DNA of 64,000 nt, taken from the NCBI GenBank assembly GCA_963849325.1, contig CAWKHF010000002.1, forward strand, positions 192,001-256,000, given 5' to 3'. The DNA comes from an uncultured Planctomycetota bacterium. Its GTDB lineage: Bacteria; Planctomycetota; Planctomycetia; Gemmatales; Gemmataceae. Below are positions 33,048 to 44,092 of this stretch, piece after piece. The notes beneath the pieces are model-generated. The model searched no databases and was not told the origin of the DNA. It saw only the letters and a program-made list of their open reading frames with translations. The position numbers were made by a program, and so were the translations under genes. Each line of letters begins with the position of its first letter. The stretch's first letter is position 1.

Positions 33048-33132
33048 TTTTGACCACGGATAACACAGATAAAACACCAGAAGCGTTCGGGTTTTCTTTA
33101 TCCGTGGTATCCGTGGTATCCGTGGTTCAAAA
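33048..33132. repeat. Palindromic 9-nt-unit element (family C, copy 4)
   Basis: ttttgaccacggataacacagata ... tatccgtggtatccgtggtatccgtggttcaaaa. Confidence 0.85.
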
Positions 33133-33378
33133 TGCATTGGGCCGGGCGAGTCGCCGGTTTCTCGCCCTTGACGAACGCCAACGCGAGCTGTAGCGTACAA
33201 AATCGAACACGCCTTCCGGCCGTGAACGACACCAGGCATCGCCCCTAGCTCCGGTCCCGTCGAAAACCGGGCCGCCTGGTTGACGTTGGAGAGATGCCCT
33301 GTTCTAATAGCGCACCAATCTCTTTACTCCGTGGCCCTTCCCCGGTGGAGGGCCGCTCCTGCTCCGGGAGTCACCGCC

Positions 33379-35645
33379 ATGAAGGACATTCCCCGTCTGC
33401 TGATCGCCGTCACGCTGGCCATCGTCGCCGCGGCGCCGCTTCAAGCCGCACCAATCCGGCACGCTCTGCTGGTCGGCTGTACCAAATACGACAACCTCGA
33501 TCCGGCCAACTACCTGGTAGGCCCGGCCAACGACGTGCTCCTCTTCCGCGACGTGCTGACGAATTATTACGACTTCCGCGACAAGGACATCGTCATCCTC
33601 TCGGAAGCGGCCGGCAAGGAGAAGGGCGAGCGCTTCCGGCCGACGCGGGCCAACATCCAGCGCGAGTTCGCCGAGTTGGCCCGCAAGGCCGGCAAGGATG
33701 ATCGCGTGGTCATTCTCCTGGGCGGACACGGCAGCCAGCAGCCCGACAGCAAGCCCGATGACCCCGAGCGCTTCGAGCCGGACGGCAAGGAAGAGATCTT
33801 TTTGCCCGCCGACGTCGGCCAGTGGGACGGCGTCTCGCGCGTCAAGAATGCCATCGTCGATTACGAGTTCCGCGATTGGCTCAAAGACATCCGCAAGACC
33901 GGAGCGTCGCTGTGGGTGATCGTCGATGCCTGCCATTCGTCGTCCGTGCTGCGTTCGCCGACGGAGAAGCCGCGCGAGGTGGAGGGGAACAAATTGGTGC
34001 CTGCCGACGTGCTGCGGCAGGCCGAGGACAAGGCTCGCAAACGCCAGGAGGGCCGCGAACGCGGCAAGAAACGGCTGACGTTCAAGCTCCCTCCTCAGGA
34101 GCCGGACCTCGTGGCCATCTACGCCGCGCAGTCCACCGAACCGACCGTCGAGCTGGTCCTGCCGGAAGAAGGGCCGGAGCGGAGTCGCAAACCGCAAGGT
34201 TTACTTACTTACACTCTCTGTAAAGTCCTTATTGAGGCGAAGGAAGCCAAGGCTTCGCTCACCTACCATCAGCTGCTTCAACGTATCCACGACCACTACA
34301 AGGGTTGGAACCGGACCTATCCCACGCCGCTCATCGAGGGCAAGGACCGCAACCGCGAGATTTTCGGCGAAGTGCGGAGGGGGGAGCGAACGCCGGCGAT
34401 ACACTGATCCGCCTCGATCAAGACGGACAAGGCGACTGGTTCATTGACCAGGGTTCGCTGCACGGCCTCACCGTGGGCAGCGTCTTGAAGGTCTACCCTC
34501 CCGCCGGAGGGGCCGATTCCGAGAAGGCCATCGGTCATGTCGAAATCCTGGAGGATGATTTCGGTGCTCTGCGGGCGCGGGTCAAGCCGTGCGCGTTCGC
34601 CCGGATGCCGGAACCGAAGGGGAACGAGTTACCCAAGCGCGGCCGCTGTGAGCTGGTCTTCGTCAATTATGGCGAGCAGCGGTTGGCGGTGGCCGTCGAT
34701 CCGCGGACGCTCAAGGACGAGGAAGTGCCCAAGGACAAGCGGCAGCCCCTGCTCGACATGCTGAAAAAACTCGAGGGCGAAGAAGGTTCACTCGTCAAGT
34801 CTGCCTCCCCCGCCGAGGCGCAGTGGCTGTTGCGCTTCGATTCGCTGCAATCAGGCAAACTATATCTGACCCCGGCATCCGGCCTGTCGTTGCCGGACGG
34901 GTCCGGCAAGTCGGCGGCGCGAGTCGGAGCGTCGCCGAGCCTGCCGCCGCTGTTCGGCCCTGTCCCCGCCGGGAGGGAGAGTTGGCTGCGGGAGCGCCTG
35001 GCCCGCATCGCTCGTGTGCGGAACCTGTTGGCCATCGCCAATCGGCCGGCCCGCGCTCACAGGGATTCTCCCCTCGACGTGAAGTGCAAGTTGGAGGTGG
35101 TACGGTTCCGCAACGACGACGACGAAACCGGCGCGCCGCTGACGCGCGGCCCCGAAGGTGCCGTCCTCCATGACCGAGACAAGGTTGGCATCGTGGTGAC
35201 CAACGAGGGCCGCGAGCCGATCGACGTCACCATCCTTTTGCTCGACAACGAGTATGGCATCAGTTCGATTTTCCCGCAGGCGGCTGATACGGACAACCGC
35301 GTTCAACCCAACAAACCACTCCCCTTTCGCACGACGCTGCGCACCAAGACCGGGGGAGTCGAACATGTCCTGGTCGTTGCGGTCAAGGGCGAGAGTGTCC
35401 GGGAGTATGCCCAGTTTAGCTTCCTGGCTCAACCGAGCATCGAGAAGGCCACCCGCGAAATGGCGAGCGTTTCCCGGGGAACGCGGGAAAGGAGTCTGGA
35501 ATCGTCCCTGGGCAAGCTCCTGCTGGGCGCGGCTTACGGTCGGGGCAAGCAGAGGGGCATGGAGATGACGGCGGCGAAGGAGTTTGCCTTCCAGCTATTC
35601 TCCTACGAGGCCATGCCGACGCGGTGCCCGACCGGCAAGAAGTAA
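33379..35645 (+). CDS. Caspase-family (C14) protease with signal peptide and C-terminal DUF4384-like beta domain (frameshift ~34400)
   Basis: HALLVG, GPAND, PTRANI, catalytic GGHGSQ and DACHS. C-terminal VGIVVTNEG...VTILLLD...ISSIFP. Confidence 0.88.
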
Positions 35646-35695
35646 ACGCAAAGGTTTGTCACCCAATGAAGTCTTTTTCTTCGAGGAGCAACGCG

Positions 35696-37651
35696 ATGAG
35701 GTATCGTCGAGTGGGGAGCGTCCTGGCGGGGATGGCCGCCTTATCCGCCCTGATGTGGCTGACTGCGATCTCCGCCCCGGCCGAGGGACGCAAGGACATC
35801 GAGGCGAAAAAAGCGGCGACGCGGGCCGCCCCGGAGGACGCCCTGCGAGCGCTGACGGCCTTCCGTCCCGCCGCCGCCTCGGCCGACCGCGGCGAACCGA
35901 TCCCGCAAACCATCGCCACGCCGTACACCAGCGCCTACAAAGTCCTCCACCTGGAGTTCAAGAACGCCGACTCGTGTGAGCGCTTCAAGGCCGACGGCGC
36001 TTACGTCTTCAACCGTTTCGGCCGTTTCGCCGACCTGTTCATCGACGCCGACAAGAACCTGGCCGACGTGCTGTTCAAGGACAAGAACGCCGGCATCGTC
36101 TGGTTCGACTTCTCGACGACGGCCATCGCGCCGCCGCCGCCGCCGGCCCGCAAGGACAAGGAGAACGTCCGCGCCCTCGAGGGCGTCCTTCGCGGCGGCG
36201 CCGGCGCGCTGACCGGCAAGGGCGTCCTCGTCGCCATCATCGACACCGGCATCGACTTCCATCACCCCGACTTCATCGACTACGACGCCGACGGTAAACC
36301 GACCTCGCGCCTGCTCGCCTTCTGGGACACCGCCAGCGACGCCTACGCCGATCAGATCGGCAGTCCGGGGCCGGTTCGCTATCCCAACGGCGCCTCGGTC
36401 GGCACGGTCTTCTCGCGCGCGGACCTGACGACCGAGCTGCGTTCGGGCAAGCCGCGCATCCACGTCTGGGACATCGACGGCCACGGCACCGCCTGCGCCA
36501 GCATCGCGGCCGGCAACGGCAACGCCCTGGAAAAGAAGCGTTACGCCGGCGTCGCTCCGCAGGCCGACCTCATCGCCGTCCGCATCCAGGATCGCGGGCC
36601 TGGACTGGAGAACTTCTATCTGCTCAACGCCATCTGCGCCTGGGTTAATGACCTGGCCGCCAAGGAAGGCAAGCCGGCGGTCCTGTCGTGCAGCTTTGGC
36701 GGCCACGTCGGCGGTCACGACGGCTACCGCATCGATGAGCGCCAGCTGAACGCTCGCTTTCCCAACACCCTCCGCGGCCGGGCCATCTGCATCGCCGGCG
36801 GCAACGAGGGCGCCGACCGCATTCACGCTGCCGTCTCGTTCGGTCCAGACGACAAGGGCACTCTGAAATGGGACTCTTATCGCGGCGGCACCCTCGACAT
36901 CTACACGGACGCCGAGAACAAGACGGACGTCGAGGTCGAGGGCGTCAGCGACAAGCAGGTCGTCAAGTTCTTGCACGGGTCTGACCGGCAAGGTGGTGCT
37001 GTACGTGCGGGTGCCGGCCGGCCGGGGCGAGCTGCGCCTGATGAGCAAGGCCAACAAGAAGCTCAGCGCCGACGCCTACATTCCGACGAGCCACTATCCC
37101 GGCGACGGCTTCGACGATTCGTGCCGGGTGCCGGGCAAGCAAATCGGCACGCCGGCGACGACCGGCCAGGCCATCACCGTGGGCAGCTACGACTTCGACA
37201 ACCACTTCGAGCTGCAGGGCAAGCCGGTCTTCTTCAAGGCCGAGGACAGCAAGGGCCAGCTGACTGCGCATGACGCTCGGGCGCCCTGTCGGGCTACTCC
37301 AATCCGGGACCGAGCCGCATCGGCGACGTGGTCAAGCCGGACCTGGTAGCGCCGGGGCAATACTGGACGGCCAGCGCCGCTCTGAACACACGGGCCATCC
37401 GCGACACGTCGGGCGGCTATCGGCTGTTCAACGGCACCAGCGCCGCGACGCCGTACACCGCCGGCGTGGTGGCCCTGCTGATGCAGAAGAAGCCGTCAAT
37501 CACGGTGGGCGAGATCAAGGACTTGATCCGCAACCACGCCGACAAGGAGGACGATCACGTCAGCCGCTCCGGCCGCACGCCGAACCCGGAGTGGGGCTAC
37601 GGCAAGCTCAACCGCAAGGCCGTGGCCGCTATGCTGGAGGCGATTCGCTAG
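35696..37651 (+). CDS. S8 family subtilase with signal peptide (frameshifts ~36978, ~37268, ~37283)
   Basis: RBS gaggag. Triad VAIIDTGID, DGHGTACASIAAG, FNGTSAATPYTAG. KPDLVAPG, WGYGK. Confidence 0.93.
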
Positions 37652-37659
37652 GAACTGTC

Positions 37660-37712
37660 GGGGCCGGCTGGGTGAGCGACGGACAGCACCGTCGCTGACG
37701 CTGCCGGCTCCG
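37660..37712. repeat. Degenerate REP-like palindrome (family B-like)
   Basis: gccggc...tgagcgacgg ... ccgtcgctgac...gccggc. Confidence 0.55.
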
Positions 37713-37750
37713 ACCCCTCCTCCGCCCTTGGCCGCATCAGGAGGACAGGC

Positions 37751-40700
37751 ATGTCTTCGTATACGCATTCCAGGCTGTTGTGCTTTTGTCTTCTCAGTGG
37801 GTTAACGTGTCTTGTTTTCTACGCGCCGTCTCCTGCCGGCGATCCACCGCCACTGACAGGAGTGCAAAAGGAGAAGCTGAAGGAGTTCAACCGCCTCGCT
37901 GGGGAGGCGGTTCGGCTTCGCCGCGAGGGCAAGGCGGCTGAGGTCGTCGCCACCATCGAGAAGATGCTGACAATCGAGCGACAGGGATTCGGCGAGGTGC
38001 GAGAGAGCGGAGTTTCATGGCTGGAATGGCTGGCCGGAATGCATGAGCAGGGTGAGGACTTCACCGCCGCCCGCAAGGCGCGGCAGGAAGTGCTGGCGAT
38101 CCGTACCAAGCTCCACGGTGAGGAGCACTGGAGGGTCCTTGATGCCCGGCTGGAGTTGGCGGACGTTGATCTGCTGGAAAAGCTGGACCGCGAGCAGCGG
38201 CGACAGTTGAGCGAGGCCGACACCCTGCTGCGGCAAGTGAGTCAACTCTACCAGCGAGGCAAGGCGCGAGAGGCTTTACCCCTGGCGGAGAAGGCCCTGC
38301 GTATCCGCCGGAGTGTTTACCGAACACAACACCCTCGTTATGCCGCGGCGTTAGTTTGGCTCGGTCTCCTGAATTCCTCCCAGGGTCACTACGCCCGGGC
38401 CGAGTCGCTGTACCGCCAGGCGCTGGCCATCCGCAAGCAGGCGCTAGGCGAGAAGCACCCCGACTACGCCCTCAGCCTGAACAACCTGGCCCAGCTGTAC
38501 TTCTACCAGGGCGAGTATGCCAAGGCCGAGTTGCTGTACCGCCAGGCGGTGGCCATCCGCAAGCAGGCGTTGGGCGAGAAACACCCCCACTACGCTACCA
38601 GCCTGGATAACCTGGCCGCGCTGTACGACTCCCAGGGTCACTACGCCCGGGCCGAGCCGCTGTACCGCCAGGCGCTGGAGATCAAGAAGCAGGTGTTGGG
38701 AGAGAAGCACTCCGACTACGCCTTCAGCCTCAACAACTTGGCCCATCTGTACTATTCCCAGGGCGATTACGCCCGAGCCGAGCCGCTGTACCGCCAGGCA
38801 TCCGAGATCTGGAAGCAGGCGCTGGGCGAGAAGCACTCTCTCTATGCCACCAGCCTGAACAACCTGGCCGCGCTGTACTCCTCCCAGGGCGACTACTCCC
38901 AGGCCGAACCGCTGTTCCGCCAGGCGCTGGAGATCAAGAAGCAGGCGCTGGGCGAGAAGCATCCCGACTACGCCACCAGTCTGAACAACCTGGCCCAGCT
39001 GTACAAGTACCAGGGCGACTACGCCAGGGCCGAGCCGCTGTACCGACAGGCGTCGGAAGTCTTGAAGCAGGGGATGGGCGCCAAGCACCCCAACTACGCC
39101 ACCAGTCTGAACAGCCTGGCCCATCTGTACTATTCCCAGGGCGACTACGCCAAGGCCGAGCCGCTGTATCGCCAGGCGCTGGACATCCGCAAGCAGGCGC
39201 TGGCGCGAAGCACCCCGACTACGCCCTCAGCCTGAACAACCTGGCCTTGCTGTACAAATCCCAGGGCGACTACGCCCAGGCCGAGCCGCTATACCAGAAG
39301 GCATCGGAGATCTACGAGCAGGCACTGGGCGCGAAGCACCCCGACTACGCCACCAGTCTGAACAACCTGGCCGCGCTGTACGACTCCCAGGGCGACTACG
39401 CCCAGGCCGAGTCGCTGTACCGCCAGGCGTCGGAAACCTGGAAGCAGGCGCTGGGAGAGAAGCACCCCGACTACGCCCGAAGTCTCAACAACCTGGCCCA
39501 TCTGTACTCTTCCCAAGGCGACTACGCCAAGGCCGAGCCGCTGTACCGGAAGGCATCCGAGATCTGGAAGCAGGCGTTGGCGCGAAGCACCCCGACTACG
39601 CCACCAGTCTGAACAACCTGGCCCAGCTGTACCACTCCCAGGGCAACTACGCCCAGGCCGAGCCACTATGCTTGCAATCCCTTGGCATCTCCCGCGATAA
39701 CCTCGAACTGGCCGCCGCCGTGCAATCCCAACGTCAGCAACTGGCCATGCTGGAAAACCTGCGTTTCCGCCTCGACGCTTACCTATCCCTGGCAGCCGAG
39801 GCCAAGAAACCCGCCGACAAGCTGTATGAGCAGTCCCTGACCTGGAAGGGCATCGTCGGACTGCGGCAACGCAACCAGCGAATGGCCCGACGCCATCCCG
39901 AGTTGGCCGCCGACTTCGCCGAACTCAATCGCGTCGCCGCACGCCTGGCTACCCTCGCCCTCAGCATGCCCGATCCCAAACGTCTCGACGTACACCGCCA
40001 GCAGATGCAGGATCTGACCGAGGACAAGGAACGACTGGAAGGCCGGCTGGCCCGCCGCAGTGCTGATTTCCGTCAGGAGAAAGAACGAAGCCGGCTGACG
40101 CCGGCGCAACTGCAAGCCGCACTGCCCAGGGACGCCGCCCTCCTCGACTTCCTCGAATATACCCACTTCACTCCCTCCGCCCAGAAGAAGGGACAACTGA
40201 ATCGAGAGCGCCGGTTCCTCGCTTTCGTCGTCCGCCCCGATACGCTGGTGCGGGTGGACCTCGGCCCGGTCAAGCCCATCCAGGAAGCGATCGAGCGCTG
40301 GCGGCCGGCCCTGCAACGCCGCTTCCGCACCGAAGGCGATGACGCCCTCGGCGCCGCCGTCCGCCAACTCGTCTGGAACAAGCTGGAGAATCACTTGCAG
40401 GGAGCGCAAGTGGTGCTGGTCTCTCCCGATGGCGCCCTGGCCCGCGTGCCCTTCGCCGCCCTGCCCGGCAGCAAAAAAGACTCCTTCCTGCTGGAAGAGT
40501 TGGCCATCGCTGTCGTGCCCGTGCCGCAACTCTTGCCGCAACTGCTGGCACCACGCCCGGACGAGGGCAAGACCGAGCCGTCGCTGTTGCTGGTCGGCGA
40601 TGTCAGCTACGATGCCGGCGTTGGCGCGGCGGTCGCCGACAGCCGCTCGGCTCCCCGCGCCGGCACGCTGTTGAGCTGGAAGGCGTTGGAGAACACGCGC

Positions 40701-41423
40701 GCCGAGGTGGCGGCGGTCAAGGACAGCTTCCAGCGTCGCTTTCGCCGCGGCGTCGTCACCGACCTGCGCGAAGACGAGGCCAGCGAGGCCGAGGTACGCA
40801 AGGAAGCGCCGAAGAATCGTTATCTGCACTTCGCCACGCACGGCTTCTTCGCCCCCAAGGAGCTGCGCTCGGCCCTCAGCGCTGCCTCGCGCGGCAAGGA
40901 GTCTGACTCCGCCAACCTGTTCGGTGGTCGCAAGGACATGGCCGGCTTCCATCCGGGTCTGCTGTCGGGTCTGGTGCTGGCGGGGGCCAATCGGCCGGCG
41001 GAGGTGGGCAAGGACGATGGCATCCTGACGGCGTTGGAAGTGGAATCGCTGGACTTGGCCGGCGTCGAGTTGGCGGTGCTGAGCGCCTGTGAGACGGGCC
41101 TGGGCGAGCAAGCGGGCGGCGAGGGCTTGCTGGGATTGCAACGCGCCTTCCAGGTGGCCGGAGCGCGCGGCGTAGTAGCGGGTCTGTGGCAGGTCGATGA
41201 CAAGGCCACGCGCGATCTGACGATGCGCTTCTACGAGAACCTGTGGAAAAAGAAGCTGCCCCGCCTGGAGGCGTTACGACAGGCGCAGTTGTGGATGCTC
41301 AAGGAAGGCATCAGCCGGAGCATGGTGAACGTGAAGGTGCCGAAAGAACGGCTGGGCAAGGACGACGGACGCTTGCCGCCTTATTACTGGGCCGCCTTCG
41401 CCCTCTCCGGCGACTGGCGCTAA
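37751..41423 (+). CDS. TPR-CHAT protease with signal peptide and 11 kinesin-light-chain-type 42-aa TPRs (frameshifts ~39203, ~39581)
   Basis: Repeats HPDYATSLNNLAxLYxxQGDYAxAEPLYRQA. CHAT motifs SPDGAL..VPFAAL, HFATHG, VLSACETG, LWQVDD, PYYWAAF. Confidence 0.93.
38327..39690 (+). repeat. 126-bp tandem coding repeat x11 (TPR array)
   Basis: Recurrent aagcaccccgactacgccaccagtctgaacaacctggcc. Confidence 0.92.
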
Positions 41424-41432
41424 TCCCGCCAT

Positions 41433-43076
41433 TTAGACCAGGTAATCGCCCAACAGCGTCCGGGCGATCAGGAAGTAGATGACGATGCCCGTCACATCGA
41501 CGGCGGTGGCCACGAAGGGGCTGGAGGCGTAGCCGGGATCGCGGCCCAGACGTTTGAGCAGCAACGGCAGCATCGAGCCGACCAGGGTGCCCCACAAGCA
41601 GATCGACGCCACCGCCAGGGCGATGACCAGCGACAGCCGATAGCGGTCCACCGGATCGTGGATCACCCGGCAATTGCCCGGAAACTTGTAGATCTCGAAA
41701 TGATCCGGATCATGGACATCGGGGACGATCTGATAATTCTCCTTGCGAGGTAGGCCAATTTTCGTCAGATGTTGGTCCACCATGCTCTGTTGGTAGCCAG
41801 GCGGGACCAGGACGACCGTGAAAGGCTCCTTTTCCGTCCACTCCGTCACCGGGTATTCGTCGAGTCGCGTCCCCCGGGGCACCTTGACCTGGAACGGTTC
41901 GGGGCGCGAGGCGGCGCTGCTGCGGACGCTGTCGGGAGTCAGCGAGGCGCGGCCGAAGCCGATCAGGCCCAGCGTCGCCCCCAGGATCAGCCCCATGCCG
42001 ATCTCGTGACGCAGCACGCGCAGCCAGTCCTTGCCCCGGACCTGGCCCAGGGCCATGGCGCGCGTGATTAGGGTGGCGGCCTGCGAGCCGGAGTTGCCGC
42101 CCGTGGAGATGCACAGCGGCACAAACAGGCTGAGCACGACCACAGCGGCGATGGCGTCCTCGAAGTAGGACAGGGCCGTGAATGTGAACAGCTCGGCGAC
42201 GAACAGGATGGCCAGCCACGAGGCCCGCTTGCGCCAGATCAGAAAGAAGCTCGCTTCCAGGTAGTTCTCTTCCAGCGGATTGACCGCGCCCATGCGGTGA
42301 ACGTCCTCGGTCGCCTCGGACACGACCACGTCGATCACGTCGTCGTAGGTGACGATGCCGACGAGGCGCTTGTCGTCGTCGAGGACGGGGATGGCCAGCA
42401 GGTCGTAGTGCGTCATGTCCTGGGCGACCTTCTCGCGGTCGTCGCTGACGCGCACGGTGATCGGCTGGGCGTCCATCAATTCGTTGACCAGCGCCCGCCG
42501 CGGCGCCAGGATCAGCTCGCGCAGCGTCACCACGCCGAGCAAGCGTCGCTGCTCATCGACGACGTAGACGTAATAGATGGTCTCGCTGTTCGGCGCCTGC
42601 AAGCGGAGACGGTCCAGCGCCTGTTCGACGCTGATGTTGGCCGGCAGCCAGGCGTAGTCGGTGGTCATCAAGGCGCCGGCGGTGTTCTCCTCATACTTGA
42701 CCAGCGTGGCGATGTCGCGGCGGTCGGCCTCATCGACCAGGCGCAGCAGGCTCTCGACGACCTTCGGCTCCAGATGGCGCAGCAGGTCGGCGCGATCGTC
42801 GTGCGACATCTGCTCGATCAGGCGAGCCATGTGCGGTCGGCCCGTGCCCTCGACCAACTGTTCCTGCCACTCCAGCGGGAAGTACACGAAGATCGTGGCC
42901 TGATTGGCGATCGACGTGGTATTGAGGAAACGCCAAACGTCTTCGACCGCGAAGTGATCGGCCAGCGACTCGGCGACCGTGGCCGGGTGCAGCGTCTCGC
43001 AGAACGCCTCCATCGCCGCGGTGTCTTCTTTCTCCAGCAGCAGACGGGCTTCCGGGGTGAACAGGGGATGCGACAT
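41433..43076 (-). CDS. mgtE: Magnesium transporter MgtE, with an insertion in the membrane domain
   Basis: MgtE N domain, CBS pair (TAGALMTT, IYYVYVVD, GIVTYDD), GGNSGSQ, FVATAVDVTG. Confidence 0.95.
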   Translation of the reverse strand: MSHPLFTPEARLLLEKEDTAAMEAFCETLHPATVAESLADHFAVEDVWRFLNTTSIANQATIFVYFPLEWQEQLVEGTGRPHMARLIEQMSHDDRADLLRHLEPKVVESLLRLVDEADRRDIATLVKYEENTAGALMTTDYAWLPANISVEQALDRLRLQAPNSETIYYVYVVDEQRRLLGVVTLRELILAPRRALVNELMDAQPITVRVSDDREKVAQDMTHYDLLAIPVLDDDKRLVGIVTYDDVIDVVVSEATEDVHRMGAVNPLEENYLEASFFLIWRKRASWLAILFVAELFTFTALSYFEDAIAAVVVLSLFVPLCISTGGNSGSQAATLITRAMALGQVRGKDWLRVLRHEIGMGLILGATLGLIGFGRASLTPDSVRSSAASRPEPFQVKVPRGTRLDEYPVTEWTEKEPFTVVLVPPGYQQSMVDQHLTKIGLPRKENYQIVPDVHDPDHFEIYKFPGNCRVIHDPVDRYRLSLVIALAVASICLWGTLVGSMLPLLLKRLGRDPGYASSPFVATAVDVTGIVIYFLIARTLLGDYLV

Positions 43077-43138
43077 CGGTAGAGTTTCGGGTTTTGGGTT
43101 TAGTGGCCCTCATGCTCCGTCGAAATCTCCCAGACCAT

Positions 43139-43205
43139 TCGTTTAGCCGCGACGCGCAGCGGAGCGCGATGGTCCCGCGCTCCGCTGCGCGTCGCGGCTA
43201 AACGA
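43139..43205. repeat. REP/REPIN-like palindrome (family A, copy 2)
   Basis: 30-bp perfect arms tcgtttagccgcgacgcgcagcggagcgcg. Confidence 0.92.
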
Positions 43206-43230
43206 GGGTTTCGATAGAGCATGAGGTGTT

Positions 43231-44092
43231 CTAAACCCTATCGATCAGGAGATTATCGATCAGGCGCGTGCCGCCGAAACGGACGGCAAGGGCCAGCAAA
43301 ATCGGTCGGCCGGCGCCGAGCCGGGCGAGAGGTTCCAACGAGTCGGCATCCACGACAGCAGCATAATCGAGGACGGCACCGCGAGCGGACTGGACGTGCT
43401 CCGCCATCACCCGGCGCAGCACGGCGGCGTCTTGCTCTCCCGCGTCGATCCGCTGTCGCGCTTCCGTGAGCGCGCCGTGAAGGACCGTGGCCTGACGGCG
43501 CTCGTCCGCTTCAAGATACTGGTTCCGCGAACTGAGAGCTAGACCATCCGCTTCACGGACGATTGGACAGACCCGGACCTCGACCGGGACGTTCAGGTCG
43601 TGCGCCATTTGCCGAATGAGGCGCGCTTGCTGGGCGTCCTTCTGACCGAAATAGGCACGATCCGGCTGGACCAGGTTGAAGAGCTTGAGGACGACGGTAG
43701 CCACGCCGCGGAAGTGCCCCGGCCGTGATGCGCCGCACAGCACGTCCTGCCAGCCGGTCACCTCGACGAAGGTGCGGTAGCCCGGCGGATACAGCACGGT
43801 CGGCTCCGGATGGAAGACGAGATCGACGCTCGACTCGGCGGCACAGTTCCAGGTCGCGCTCCAGCGGACGGGGGTATTGCTGCAAATCCTCGTTCGGGCC
43901 GAACTGCGTTGGGTTGACGAAGATGGAGACGACGACGTAAGCCGTCTCGGCACGGGCTGCCTCGATCAGGCTGAGGTGTCCCGCGTGCAGGGCGCCCATC
44001 GTCGGCACCAAGCCAATCGTCAGAACGCGCCGGCGAGCATTGGCGACGGCGACGCGCAGGGTAGGAATGTCCGTCACCACGGTAGGTTTCAT
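43231..44092 (-). CDS. panC: Pantoate-beta-alanine ligase (frameshift ~43840)
   Basis: [49 protein letters not shown]. Confidence 0.97.

Noticed and set aside
38327-39690. Regular repeats resembling a CRISPR array
   Set aside because: The 126-bp period is in frame and encodes TPRs. There are no unique spacers and no cas genes.
33133-41432. Protease cassette as a prophage or integrative element
   Set aside because: No integrase, att-like direct repeats, tRNA or phage genes, and composition is similar to the flanks.
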